This document shows positions 19,658 through 27,891 of a stretch of DNA of 64,000 nucleotides, piece by piece. The position numbers were made by a program, and so were the translations under genes. Under the pieces are notes generated by a model. That model was given only the letters and a program-made list of their open reading frames with translations. It was not told the DNA's origin and searched no databases. The stretch is taken from NCBI GenBank assembly GCA_934546935.1, contig CAKTEH010000001.1:205332-269331 (forward strand), given 5' to 3'. This stretch comes from an uncultured Eubacteriales bacterium (GTDB lineage Bacteria; Bacillota; Clostridia; Oscillospirales; QAMX01). Position 1 is the first letter of the stretch. Each line of letters opens with the position of its first letter.

Positions 19658-20764
19658 TCATACGAATTTCTTACGGAGAAGCGGGAACCGGACTGTGAAG
19701 GCAATGGTATCGTCCTCGCTTTCCGCGTAGATACTGCCGCCGTGGAGCTCAAGGATCTGCCGTGCGATGGCAAGCCCAAGCCCTGCGCCGCCTGTGCGGG
19801 TCGAGCGGGAAGCGTCCAGGCGGTAAAACTGCTCGAAAATGCGTGAAAGCTTTTCTTTTGGGATCGTGTTTCCATGATTGACAAAGCGGATCACGGCAAA
19901 ATCCTTTCCAAGGGTCTGCTCGGTTTTCCCGGAAATGGAAATGCAGCAGCCTGGGAAGCTGTAACTGACAGCATTGCGCAGAAGATTGTCAAACACGCGT
20001 TCGAGTTTGTCCGCGTCGCATTCCGCCTCCAGCACAGGCGGAAGGTCAATCCGGCAGGACAGCTCCTTTTCCGCAAGCATGGGTTGGAATTCAAAGCATA
20101 ACTGCTCTAAAAGACGGGTCAGGTTGATTTTGCTGTATTCAAGCACAATATGGGAAAGGTTGAATCGGGTAATTTCGAAGAACTCGTCGATCAGATCATT
20201 CAGACGCTCCGCGTTCTTCAGCGTGACGTCGAGATAACGGGCCTGCTGGGCTGCCGGGATTTCCGGTTCGTCGCGCAGCAGGGTCAGATATCCGGTAATG
20301 GACGCAATCGGCGTTTTCAAATCGTGTGCCAGGTAAACGACAAGATCATTTTTTCGCTGCTCAGCTTCCCGGGCCGCTGCTTCGTTGGCCCGGATGCGCG
20401 TATCCGCCTGCTGAAGCATGAACTGGGTTTCCTGTATAAGGGAGGGAAGGCGAAGCTCGGCGGGCTGGGATGATCCGATTTGTGCGCATGCGTCTGAAAC
20501 TGCTGCCAGCGCGCAGATCAGCTGCCACCATAAAGCGATAACAATAACAAGCACGCCGGCAGCAAAGCAGATCAGGACCAAAAGGATGATATAATCGCCC
20601 ATCCAACGCAGCGCCGCGTTGTTGCGCAGGGTAGGGAATGCTGAGCAGATAAAAAAGCAGATGACTGCGCTGACGATCAAAAACCCAAGCCAACATAATG
20701 CAGAAATAAAAAACCGGACAAGAACGCGACGGAGGAGCCGCATACGGAATTCCCGCTTATTCAA
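19658..20764 (-). CDS. vanS: sensor histidine kinase VanS
   Basis: Two N-terminal TM segments. H-box LAHDLKTPIASITGY. N, G1 and G2 boxes (NLLRNAVSY, GGAGLGLAIA). Overlaps vanR by 8 nt. Confidence 0.85.
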   Translation of the reverse strand: MNKREFRMRLLRRVLVRFFISALCWLGFLIVSAVICFFICSAFPTLRNNAALRWMGDYIILLVLICFAAGVLVIVIALWWQLICALAAVSDACAQIGSSQPAELRLPSLIQETQFMLQQADTRIRANEAAAREAEQRKNDLVVYLAHDLKTPIASITGYLTLLRDEPEIPAAQQARYLDVTLKNAERLNDLIDEFFEITRFNLSHIVLEYSKINLTRLLEQLCFEFQPMLAEKELSCRIDLPPVLEAECDADKLERVFDNLLRNAVSYSFPGCCISISGKTEQTLGKDFAVIRFVNHGNTIPKEKLSRIFEQFYRLDASRSTRTGGAGLGLAIARQILELHGGSIYAESEDDTIAFTVRFPLLRKKFV

Positions 20765-21470
20765 CTTTATAGCCTACCCCCCAAACCGTTTTTATAAATC
20801 TCGGCCTGCGCGGCGGCTCATGCAGCTTTTCGCGGAGCCGGCCGATATGCGCCATGACGGTATTGTTATTGTCTAAGAATTTTTCTCCCCAAACGGCTTC
20901 GAAAAGCGCTTCGGAAGAGACGACCTTTCCCTGATGCAGGCAAAGGTACCACAAGATGGAAAACTCAATCGGCGTCAGGGGAATACTTTCTCCAAACAGG
21001 ACGCAGGTATGCATATCCCGGTTGATGGTCAGGCCCCGGATATCCAGCTCGTCCGGCTCTTGCGCTGTGGCCGGGGGGACGGGACATTGTGTGTGTTTGT
21101 TATAGCGTATATAGCGGCGCAGCTGGGTGCGTACGCGCGCAACCACCTCGAGTGGATTAAAAGGCTTGGTAATATAATCATCTGCGCCAATGGTCAGCCC
21201 CGCGATTTTATCGCCGTCCCCGACCCGGGCGGTGAGCATGATTACCGGGTAAAAATGCTGCTCGCGGATTTTTGCGCACAGTGCAAAACCATCGATATCC
21301 GGCAGCATTACGTCCAGAATGGCCAGATCCAGCGGCGTATTCTGGATACAGCGCAGGGCCTCGGCGCCGGTATAAAATTTGTAAACACAAAAACCGTCGT
21401 TTTTCAGGTAAACCTCCAAAAGGTCGGCAATATCCTGTTCATCGTCGACGATCAATATCTTTTCATTCAT
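20757..21470 (-). CDS. vanR: OmpR-family response regulator VanR
   Basis: Receiver domain (KILIVDDEQDIADLL.. DLAILDVMLPDIDG) plus a winged-helix C-terminus (IKTVWGVGYKVE). ATG at 21470 follows AAAGGA. Confidence 0.9.
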   Translation of the reverse strand: MNEKILIVDDEQDIADLLEVYLKNDGFCVYKFYTGAEALRCIQNTPLDLAILDVMLPDIDGFALCAKIREQHFYPVIMLTARVGDGDKIAGLTIGADDYITKPFNPLEVVARVRTQLRRYIRYNKHTQCPVPPATAQEPDELDIRGLTINRDMHTCVLFGESIPLTPIEFSILWYLCLHQGKVVSSEALFEAVWGEKFLDNNNTVMAHIGRLREKLHEPPRRPRFIKTVWGVGYKVE

Positions 21471-21552
21471 CCGGGTATCCTTTACTGTCAATTATTGGGT
21501 ACGGCATATCAGGAGGCTGCGGCAGGGCGGGCGGCACACGATATGCGTTTTT

Positions 21553-21561
21553 ATTATAGCA
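21553..21561 (-). promoter_or_regulatory. extended -10 element TGCTATAAT, candidate vanRS promoter
   Basis: The minus strand reads TGCTATAAT about 85 nt upstream of the vanR ATG. The -35 (TTTCCT) is weak. Confidence 0.35.
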
Positions 21562-21620
21562 TAAGCCAGGCAAAAAGGAAACGGCTGCAAGCCGGCCTTT
21601 TCAGCAGAATACTTCGCCGC

Positions 21621-22028
21621 TTAAGCTTGTTTCCACTCTTTTTCCATAATATAATTTGCAAGCAGAACGCTATACCGTTCCACCTGCTGCTGTCGGAGGA
21701 GGCGATAACCTCTTTTTTCAAAAAAGCTTCGCTGTAATGGAAACATGGCTGAAAATCCGGCCCTGCATGGCCTGCTCAAGCCGGCTGCAGATGGCGGTGG
21801 CAGCGCGCTTTTCCTCTGATAATCCCGATGGACATATAGACGGCGTAACCATTTGCGTCAATGTCCCCCGAAGCCGGCAATTCTGCTTTTCAAGGTCAAT
21901 CCGTCCGGCGTCCCACGCACCCAATTGTGCCTGCGTATAATCTTTGCATTGACTGTGTAGACGGTATCATCATAGAACAACTGCGCCATTTTCGCACAGA
22001 AAGACGGCTGATAGACCCGGATGGTCAT
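21621..22028 (-). pseudogene. GNAT-family N-acetyltransferase pseudogene (at least three frame changes)
   Basis: GNAT pieces lie in three different frames: MTIRVYQPSFCAKMAQLFYDDTVYTVNAK, DYTQAQLGAWDAGRIDLE, IAGFG, LRRLYVHRDYQRK, AATAICSRLEQAMQGR..SITAK, FFEKRGYRLLRQQQVERYSVLLANYIMEK. Confidence 0.55.
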
Positions 22029-22259
22029 ATTGCCCTCCTGCTGCTTTTGTAATTTTCTATTCTCATGTTATCACAGGCTGGCCTTTCCTGCAACAAGAGG
22101 CGTGGAAGATTGCCCAAGCCGCCGGAGCGGGGAAGGCCGGCTGGCATAGGAGGGGCCCGCCAAGGCCGCTTTTGCAGCCGGGCGCTTTCCTGTGCGGAAA
22201 ACCTGTACTGCTTTTCCTCTGCGCCGGGTATAATAAGGCAGAAAAGAAAGGAGGAGGCC

Positions 22260-23108
22260 ATGCGTCGGAAGGAATTTGCCAGGGATCTTATATGGGAGCT
22301 TGCCGGAAGCACGCTTATTGCCGCCGCTATGTACAATTTTGCACTGCATGCCGCATTCCCTATGACCGGTTTTACAGGGATTTCCATGATTTTATACCGG
22401 CTTTTTGGCCTGCCGATCGGACTGACGACTATTGTTATGAATATTCCGCTTGCTTTCATATGTTACAGGCTGATTGGACGGACATTTTTGTTGAAGTCTT
22501 TGCGCTGCATGTTGATTTCCAGCCTGATGATTGATTACCTGGCGCCGCTTTTTCCTGTTTACAACGGAGAACGGATGTTGGCTGCGCTGGCGACAGGCGT
22601 GCTTGGAGGGACCGGATATGCGTTGATTTATATGCGCCAGTCCTCTACAGGGGGATCTGATTTTGTTATTATGGCTGTACGCGCCGTTTATCCGCATCTG
22701 AAGCTGAGCGTTCTTGCCTTTGCCAATGAAATCGTGGTTATCCTGGCAGGAGGGATTATCTTCCGGGATATGGATGGGATTTTATATGGGCTGATTATCA
22801 ACTTCCTGTTTGCCGCGATGATAGACAGGGTGATGTGCGGCGCCAATGCAGGAAAAGTCGGACTTGTTGTGACGCGCAAGGCCCCTGAGGTCTGTGCAGA
22901 AATTGACCGGCAAACCGGGCGGGGTTCGACAATTTTGTATGGCGAGGGCGCTTACAGCAGGCAGGAGAAGGCAGTCGTTTTGGTGGCGTGCAGCAGCCGC
23001 GAGATGTACCGGATCGAGAAAGCGGTTAAAAAGGAGGATCCGGAAAGCTTTATGATCGTTATGAATTCCAGCGAGGTGCATGGCGAAGGGTTTCGCGTTG
23101 TGCGCTGA
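22260..23108 (+). CDS. YitT-family membrane protein (DUF161 repeats plus C-terminal DUF2179)
   Basis: The N-terminal pattern ..GSTLIAAAMYNFALHAAFPMTGFTGISMILYRLFGLPIG is typical of YitT. ATG at 22260 follows AAAGGAGGAGG. TATAAT at 22229-22234. Confidence 0.8.
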   Translation: MRRKEFARDLIWELAGSTLIAAAMYNFALHAAFPMTGFTGISMILYRLFGLPIGLTTIVMNIPLAFICYRLIGRTFLLKSLRCMLISSLMIDYLAPLFPVYNGERMLAALATGVLGGTGYALIYMRQSSTGGSDFVIMAVRAVYPHLKLSVLAFANEIVVILAGGIIFRDMDGILYGLIINFLFAAMIDRVMCGANAGKVGLVVTRKAPEVCAEIDRQTGRGSTILYGEGAYSRQEKAVVLVACSSREMYRIEKAVKKEDPESFMIVMNSSEVHGEGFRVVR

Positions 23109-23160
23109 AACGCGAAACAGCCGGGGCGCTGCATGGCGCTCCGGCTGTTAAAAAATGGGT

Positions 23161-23742
23161 TTATAGCTGCCCTCTCCGTCTTTTCCACATTGTCTGCGCG
23201 GTTTCACGGAACTGCATGTCATTTTCTTCCTGTATGCCGGACAATTCGTCCAGAAAAGTAACGACCTGTGCAAGGCTTCCTTCGATGAGGTTATTCCCGG
23301 CAGCCCTGTTGGGAAGCTGTGTTTTTGCATCGATATGGAAGGCGTGGATCAGCGTATCGATCGCTATGATCTGTTCCTGCGGCGTTTTTAGCGCAAGGTA
23401 GCGCCGGTAAAAGTCTGAAAAACAGGCTGCCGCATTGCCCGGTCGGAGATCCTGATGCCGCCAGCTTTGGTGAAACTCTTTGTACAGCAGCGAAAAGCCA
23501 CAGGCCGGACAGGAAACGGTGCTGTCATCTCTGGCGGCAGATGTAAAAGCAAGCTTCATCCGGCAGACGGGACAGTAGAATTCTCCCCGGCTGACCATCA
23601 GGATCGCTTCGCAGCGCAGCCATAAGGCGGCTCCTGTTTCCTGAAGCGCATCAATATCCAGCATGCCTGCCGCAGATGAATCATACAGGCGGCGAAGCAG
23701 GCTGGGCTGAAGCTTTGGAGGCCACTTAAGCTTATTCGCCAT
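23161..23742 (-). CDS. hypothetical protein with a CxxC...CxxC zinc ribbon (193 aa)
   Basis: ATG at 23742 follows AAGGAAG. CPVC(16)CPAC motif. No family recognised. Confidence 0.5.
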   Translation of the reverse strand: MANKLKWPPKLQPSLLRRLYDSSAAGMLDIDALQETGAALWLRCEAILMVSRGEFYCPVCRMKLAFTSAARDDSTVSCPACGFSLLYKEFHQSWRHQDLRPGNAAACFSDFYRRYLALKTPQEQIIAIDTLIHAFHIDAKTQLPNRAAGNNLIEGSLAQVVTFLDELSGIQEENDMQFRETAQTMWKRRRGQL

Positions 23743-23759
23743 GTAAACCGTCTTCCTTT

Positions 23760-24227
23760 CTATGCATTCTGTATGCTTTTGATGGCTATCGGGAGCAGGA
23801 TATCCGCGCGGCAGAGATCTTTTTCCGTATCCCAAAGAATATAGCGCTCAATTGCCGGGGCACATTTGCAGTATTTGCTTTGTGGAAGGAACTCGGTGTT
23901 GATGTATTTCCAGGTTTCCCCTAACACGTTTTTTGAGATCTTCCCGTATGCCTGGAATTCAAGCCAGGTGTGCGGCGCATAGGTATAGCTGTCAAGTCCC
24001 GGGATATCCTCGCCCTCATATTCCACGGCGCACATGTAGTCATTGCTTCCATTTTCCAAAAAGCCGAAACACAGCCCAAGGTCGTAAACCCTGCCGCTGA
24101 TGGATTCAATCTGCCGCAAATATTGTGGGTTGGATTTAACAATAGCCCAGGTCCCGCCGCCATATGGTGTGGTACGCCGGATACCGATAACTTTAAACGC
24201 CCCTTTTTCTGTGATCTTATACTCCAT
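23760..24227 (-). CDS. GyrI-like small-molecule-binding domain protein (stand-alone effector-binding domain)
   Basis: Pattern ...FKVIGIRRTT......W..........G..YGLC....... and a C-terminal ERY....D.....DI.IPI, as in the Rob/BmrR/SbmC ligand domain. ATG at 24227 follows AAAGGAG. Confidence 0.65.
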   Translation of the reverse strand: MEYKITEKGAFKVIGIRRTTPYGGGTWAIVKSNPQYLRQIESISGRVYDLGLCFGFLENGSNDYMCAVEYEGEDIPGLDSYTYAPHTWLEFQAYGKISKNVLGETWKYINTEFLPQSKYCKCAPAIERYILWDTEKDLCRADILLPIAIKSIQNA

Positions 24228-24679
24228 ACGGCCTGCTCCTTTTATGTTAAGTAGAAATTGATGGCAACAGTAAACGGCCATCGCAGTATCTTCAGCCCGC
24301 ATTGCCATAATAGTGGGAGCATGTCAATGGCTTCTGCAAGACGATCTTTGCTATAGCGGGTTGCCAAGCTGATCCATCCCATCCAAGGACTTACAGGCCT
24401 TTCCGTCTGCTTCTCCATATAGACATGGCAGTACCTTGCTGCTCTTCCTCCGCTTTTTTCGCGCCAGGCGCCGCCATTTTGATAATTGGAAACAGAAATT
24501 TTGAAAAATCCTGGCCGGGTGCTGGAACCTTGTATAAAGATATGTTTATTTTAGCACAGAATATTGGCTTTTTCCATAAAATTAGTTGCAAAATTTTTTA
24601 TAGCTTGTATAATCTTTATTAGACTAGCCCTGTTTCCATTTATAGTAGAAAAGAGAAAAAGAGAAAGGCGGAAATAACA

Positions 24680-25759
24680 ATGAGTGTCTACAAAGATCTT
24701 GCCATGCTGCGGCTTCCCGAGGCGGTTTCCGCAGACCCGCAGGAATTTGAAAACCGGCGCAGGGAGATCCTTGCACTGCTTGCCCAGAAGGAATACGGTG
24801 TTTTGCCTGGCCCTGCCGAGCGTGTGGAATACGAGGTGATCCCCGGCGAGCGGATGTTTGGCGGCGGGACGGCGGAAGCCTATAAAGTAATCATTACCGT
24901 TTACCTCAACGGCGCGAGCCATAGCTTCCCCCTTTACTGCATGATCCCGACAGCAAAGCGGCCCTGCCCGGCCTTTCTGCTGGTAAACTTCCGGCCCGGC
25001 ATACCGGACGCCTATCTGCCGGCTGAGGAAATTGCAGATAATGGTTTTGCGGTTTTTTCCCTGTGTTATAACGATGTAACAAAAGATAATGATGATTTCA
25101 ACGACGGCCTTGCCGGTTTGATTTACCAGGGACGGGCGCGCGGGGATTGCGGGCCTGGCAAGATTTCCATGTGGGCATGGGCGGCCATGCGTGCGATGGA
25201 CTACATCCAAAGCCTTGTGTGCATCGATACGCGGAATATCGGTATCGTTGGCCATTCGCGTCTTGGCAAGACTGCCTTGTGGGCGGCGGCAAATGATCCG
25301 CGCTTCTCCTTTATCTTTGCCAATGAGTCCGGCTGCGGCGGCTCGTCGCTTGCGCGTGGTACCGCAGAGGATGCAGAGCATGTTTCCCAAATCTGCAACG
25401 CTTTTTCCTATTGGTTCTGTGAGGCATATCAGGCCTATGCTGGGCATGAGGAAGAAATGCCTTTTGACCAACATTTCCTGCTGTCTGTGCTGGCGCCGCG
25501 CCGGCTGTATGTGGCGCTGGCCCAGGGCGATTACTGGACGGATCCAAAGTCGAGTTATCGCGCCTGCTTTGCAGCGGCCAAAGCCTATGAGGTCCTCGGC
25601 GCTGTGCCGGCCTTTACAGGCCGGGATGCATATCCTGAAACCGGTGATGTCTATCATGACGGGTATATTGGCTTCCATATGCGGGCGGGAGATCATTTCC
25701 TCAGCCGCCGCGACTGGTTGGGCTTTATGGCTTACTTTAAGCGTTACCTGCGCGTTTAA
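24680..25759 (+). CDS. alpha/beta hydrolase, CE15 glucuronoyl-esterase-like
   Basis: Nucleophile motif VGHSRLGKTALWAAA. No signal peptide. Confidence 0.6.
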   Translation: MSVYKDLAMLRLPEAVSADPQEFENRRREILALLAQKEYGVLPGPAERVEYEVIPGERMFGGGTAEAYKVIITVYLNGASHSFPLYCMIPTAKRPCPAFLLVNFRPGIPDAYLPAEEIADNGFAVFSLCYNDVTKDNDDFNDGLAGLIYQGRARGDCGPGKISMWAWAAMRAMDYIQSLVCIDTRNIGIVGHSRLGKTALWAAANDPRFSFIFANESGCGGSSLARGTAEDAEHVSQICNAFSYWFCEAYQAYAGHEEEMPFDQHFLLSVLAPRRLYVALAQGDYWTDPKSSYRACFAAAKAYEVLGAVPAFTGRDAYPETGDVYHDGYIGFHMRAGDHFLSRRDWLGFMAYFKRYLRV

Positions 25760-25772
25760 ACCGCGCTGTTAA

Positions 25773-25813
25773 AGAAGGCCCGGGATTCCGTTTTTCGGAA
25801 TCCCGGGCCTTCT
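25773..25813. terminator. bidirectional terminator
   Basis: 18-bp stem AGAAGGCCCGGGATTCCG / CGGAATCCCGGGCCTTCT with a TTTTT loop. Confidence 0.7.
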
Positions 25814-25828
25814 CATGTAAAAAATGGT

Positions 25829-26458
25829 TTATTCCATTGCGGAAAGGTATACGGCGACGTCAAGTTTCAGGTTTTCCCATTCCTCCGGATTGTTTACATA
25901 ATAAACCGGGCAGGCCTTTCCGCTTACGTCGTAGTGGCGGATTAATGCGTCCGCGTCCAGCCCGCAATTCTGGCAGAGCCAGGCGCACAGGCGTACCAGC
26001 GACTGATAACCTTCCTCAGTAAACCGGCCGTCTTCTTCCGGATGGCAGACCTCGATGGAAAAGCTGTCGGCATTTGCCTGATTGGAGGCGACGGCCCGTT
26101 CTGCAAGCGGCACGCATTGGATGATCTCGCCGTCGAGGCCGACGATGAAGTGTGCGCTGACTTTTGTATCGGGATTGTTAAAATAATTGCGGTTCTGCTG
26201 GGCTGTTGTGCCGGGATTGCCGACATAGTGGATGACGATATGATGTAGCGCGCTAAGCTTCCTGCCGGGTCTTGCGTCGCCGCCTGGCGTGATAAGCTGC
26301 ACATCTATCCAGCTGGGAACTTCCAGCGAGTCGAGGAACTGCAAATCCCTTTCCGGTGCGGCGCATGCATGGATCAAATAAAGGCACGCCGTACAGACCA
26401 GGGCAGAAAGCAGCAGGATCAGCATAAAGCGGCGTCTGCGCCGCGCAACGGTAATCAT
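25829..26458 (-). CDS. membrane-anchored N-acetylmuramoyl-L-alanine amidase (amidase_2/PGRP fold)
   Basis: N-terminal TM helix. HIVIHYVGNPG, SAHFIVGLDGEIIQ and HYDVSGKACP motifs. The start overlaps the upstream stop (ATGA). Confidence 0.85.
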   Translation of the reverse strand: MITVARRRRRFMLILLLSALVCTACLYLIHACAAPERDLQFLDSLEVPSWIDVQLITPGGDARPGRKLSALHHIVIHYVGNPGTTAQQNRNYFNNPDTKVSAHFIVGLDGEIIQCVPLAERAVASNQANADSFSIEVCHPEEDGRFTEEGYQSLVRLCAWLCQNCGLDADALIRHYDVSGKACPVYYVNNPEEWENLKLDVAVYLSAME

Positions 26459-27771
26459 ACAGGTTCCTTTTTATTTACGGGCTTTTCCAGAAGGTTTTCT
26501 GCAAAGCGCGCATGGGTACTCCATAACCCGAGTGCAGGATTGGAAATAAAATAGACATCTTCTCCACAGACTGTGTGCATCCCATCCGGAAAGCGGGCGA
26601 AATCAAAACGGGAAGCGGCCTGCGCAAAAGGGAGATAGCGGTAGCCCGCGTTTTCTACTTCCTCCCGGCCCAGAAGGCGGGTGCAGTAGGTGATGGAGAA
26701 GCGTCCATCGCTGCTGCCGTGGATCAGGTGGGCGGCTGCAGAAAGGTTTTCCTGCAGCGCGGATTCCTGCCGGCATAGGCGCAGGATTTCCTCCCGTCCA
26801 CGGTAGCCATAACGCCGGATCAACGCATCCATTGCCGCATCTTCTCCGAAACGCCGCACGCCTGGAGCAAGGATAAACAATTCACCGCCATCGGCCATCG
26901 CCATGCGGGTACGGTAAATTGCCTTATTGCCAAGCCAGGTGCTGGTAAATTCTTCGCTATCGAGATAAACTACCGCTTTTTTCAGTGGATGCTCAACAAA
27001 AATCAGGTTCCGGCTCTGTGCTTGTGCGACGGCCTGTTCAAAAACCTGGCGGCTGCGGCCTATGTACAGCCCATGCATGGCGCTTCCTTTGCCAGATGCA
27101 GCCGTCACCGTCAGGACGTAACACACTGGCAGGCCGGAAAGGAAATGCGCCTGCGCGTAATCAAACATCCGCCGGACAGGAGAAAAATCGCGGCCCATAA
27201 CGCGCTCCAGGCCGTAAACGGCCCCGAGCATATGCGAGGCATGGATCATCTGCGCGCCGCCGCAGCCGACAAAAAGATTCTTGCTCTGGTTGGACATGCC
27301 GACTACTTCATGTGGGACAACCTGTCCGATGGAGAGGATCAACCCATAGTCCGGCTGGAAAAGCCGGCGGTTCAACTCTACGGGGACGGACGTCTCAAGC
27401 GCGCCTTCGGAAAGCTCTGCAATAAAGGCTGCGGGGATATGTCCGATGCATACTGTATCCCGGCGCCAGTCATGCGCAAGGAAGCGGGAAAATGGGATAT
27501 CGCCGTACATGGCCGCGCACTGCGCCTGTGTCATGGGCGCGTGCGTACCGAGCGCCTCAAGCAGGTCGACATGGATACCGGAATCTTCCAAAAGATGATA
27601 ATACTGATTTGCAATCCATCCGGCGTTGGAGTGCACGCGGGTGTAGTCCGGAACGATAAGCAGCGCTGCGCGCTTACCCTGGAATGTTTCGCCGGAAAGG
27701 GAGCTGCGTATGGCCTGCGCAGCGGCCTGCACAGACAAAGCGCCATCCGTTTCCAATAGAATCTGCTGCAT
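26455..27771 (-). CDS. LarA-superfamily (lactate racemase N-terminal/DUF2088) protein
   Basis: LIVPDYTRV, ALGTHAPMT and VVPHEVVGMSNQSK match the conserved LarA blocks (PD.TR, GTHR, H..G.SGG.K). Confidence 0.6.
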   Translation of the reverse strand: MQQILLETDGALSVQAAAQAIRSSLSGETFQGKRAALLIVPDYTRVHSNAGWIANQYYHLLEDSGIHVDLLEALGTHAPMTQAQCAAMYGDIPFSRFLAHDWRRDTVCIGHIPAAFIAELSEGALETSVPVELNRRLFQPDYGLILSIGQVVPHEVVGMSNQSKNLFVGCGGAQMIHASHMLGAVYGLERVMGRDFSPVRRMFDYAQAHFLSGLPVCYVLTVTAASGKGSAMHGLYIGRSRQVFEQAVAQAQSRNLIFVEHPLKKAVVYLDSEEFTSTWLGNKAIYRTRMAMADGGELFILAPGVRRFGEDAAMDALIRRYGYRGREEILRLCRQESALQENLSAAAHLIHGSSDGRFSITYCTRLLGREEVENAGYRYLPFAQAASRFDFARFPDGMHTVCGEDVYFISNPALGLWSTHARFAENLLEKPVNKKEPV

Positions 27772-27783
27772 TATGTCCCCTCC

Positions 27784-27826
27784 AAAAAATCACGGCATGC
27801 AAACGTCAGACAGCGTCTGCATGCCG
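27784..27826 (-). terminator. hairpin + U-run immediately upstream of the LarA-like RBS (partial terminator or processing site)
   Basis: Minus-strand RNA CGGCAUGCAGACG...CGUUUGCAUGCCG then UGAUUUUUU, running directly into GGAGGGG-N6-AUG. Confidence 0.45.
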
Positions 27827-27891
27827 CGCGTATATATGGTTTATTTTAAACGTGCGCACGCACGAATGCAAGCCCCTTTTGGAAGACGGCT

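Noticed and set aside
19525-19884. 120-codon N-terminal extension of the ligase ORF (469-aa version)
   Set aside because: The extension overlaps the vanS 3' end and the intergenic terminator, and it is Ser/Arg-rich without similarity. The conserved ligase N-terminus MANLKIVVLFGG starts at the RBS-preceded ATG at 19524.
15615-21470. Idea that the van cluster is carried on a transposon or ICE
   Set aside because: No transposase, integrase, relaxase or terminal inverted repeats were recognised within about 10 kb on either side. The flanks are fhs and a YitT-family gene. Mobility cannot be claimed from this window.
21621-22028. Explaining the GNAT disruption purely as homopolymer sequencing errors
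   Set aside because: There are at least four separate lesions plus an apparent internal deletion within 0.4 kb, while multi-kb neighbouring ORFs are intact. Errors may contribute, but they cannot be the whole explanation. Read-level confirmation is still needed.
24236-24415. 59-codon ORF upstream of the GyrI-like gene as a remnant of a fused MerR/AraC DNA-binding domain
   Set aside because: No HTH signature could be recognised in the translation, so the idea is unsupported.
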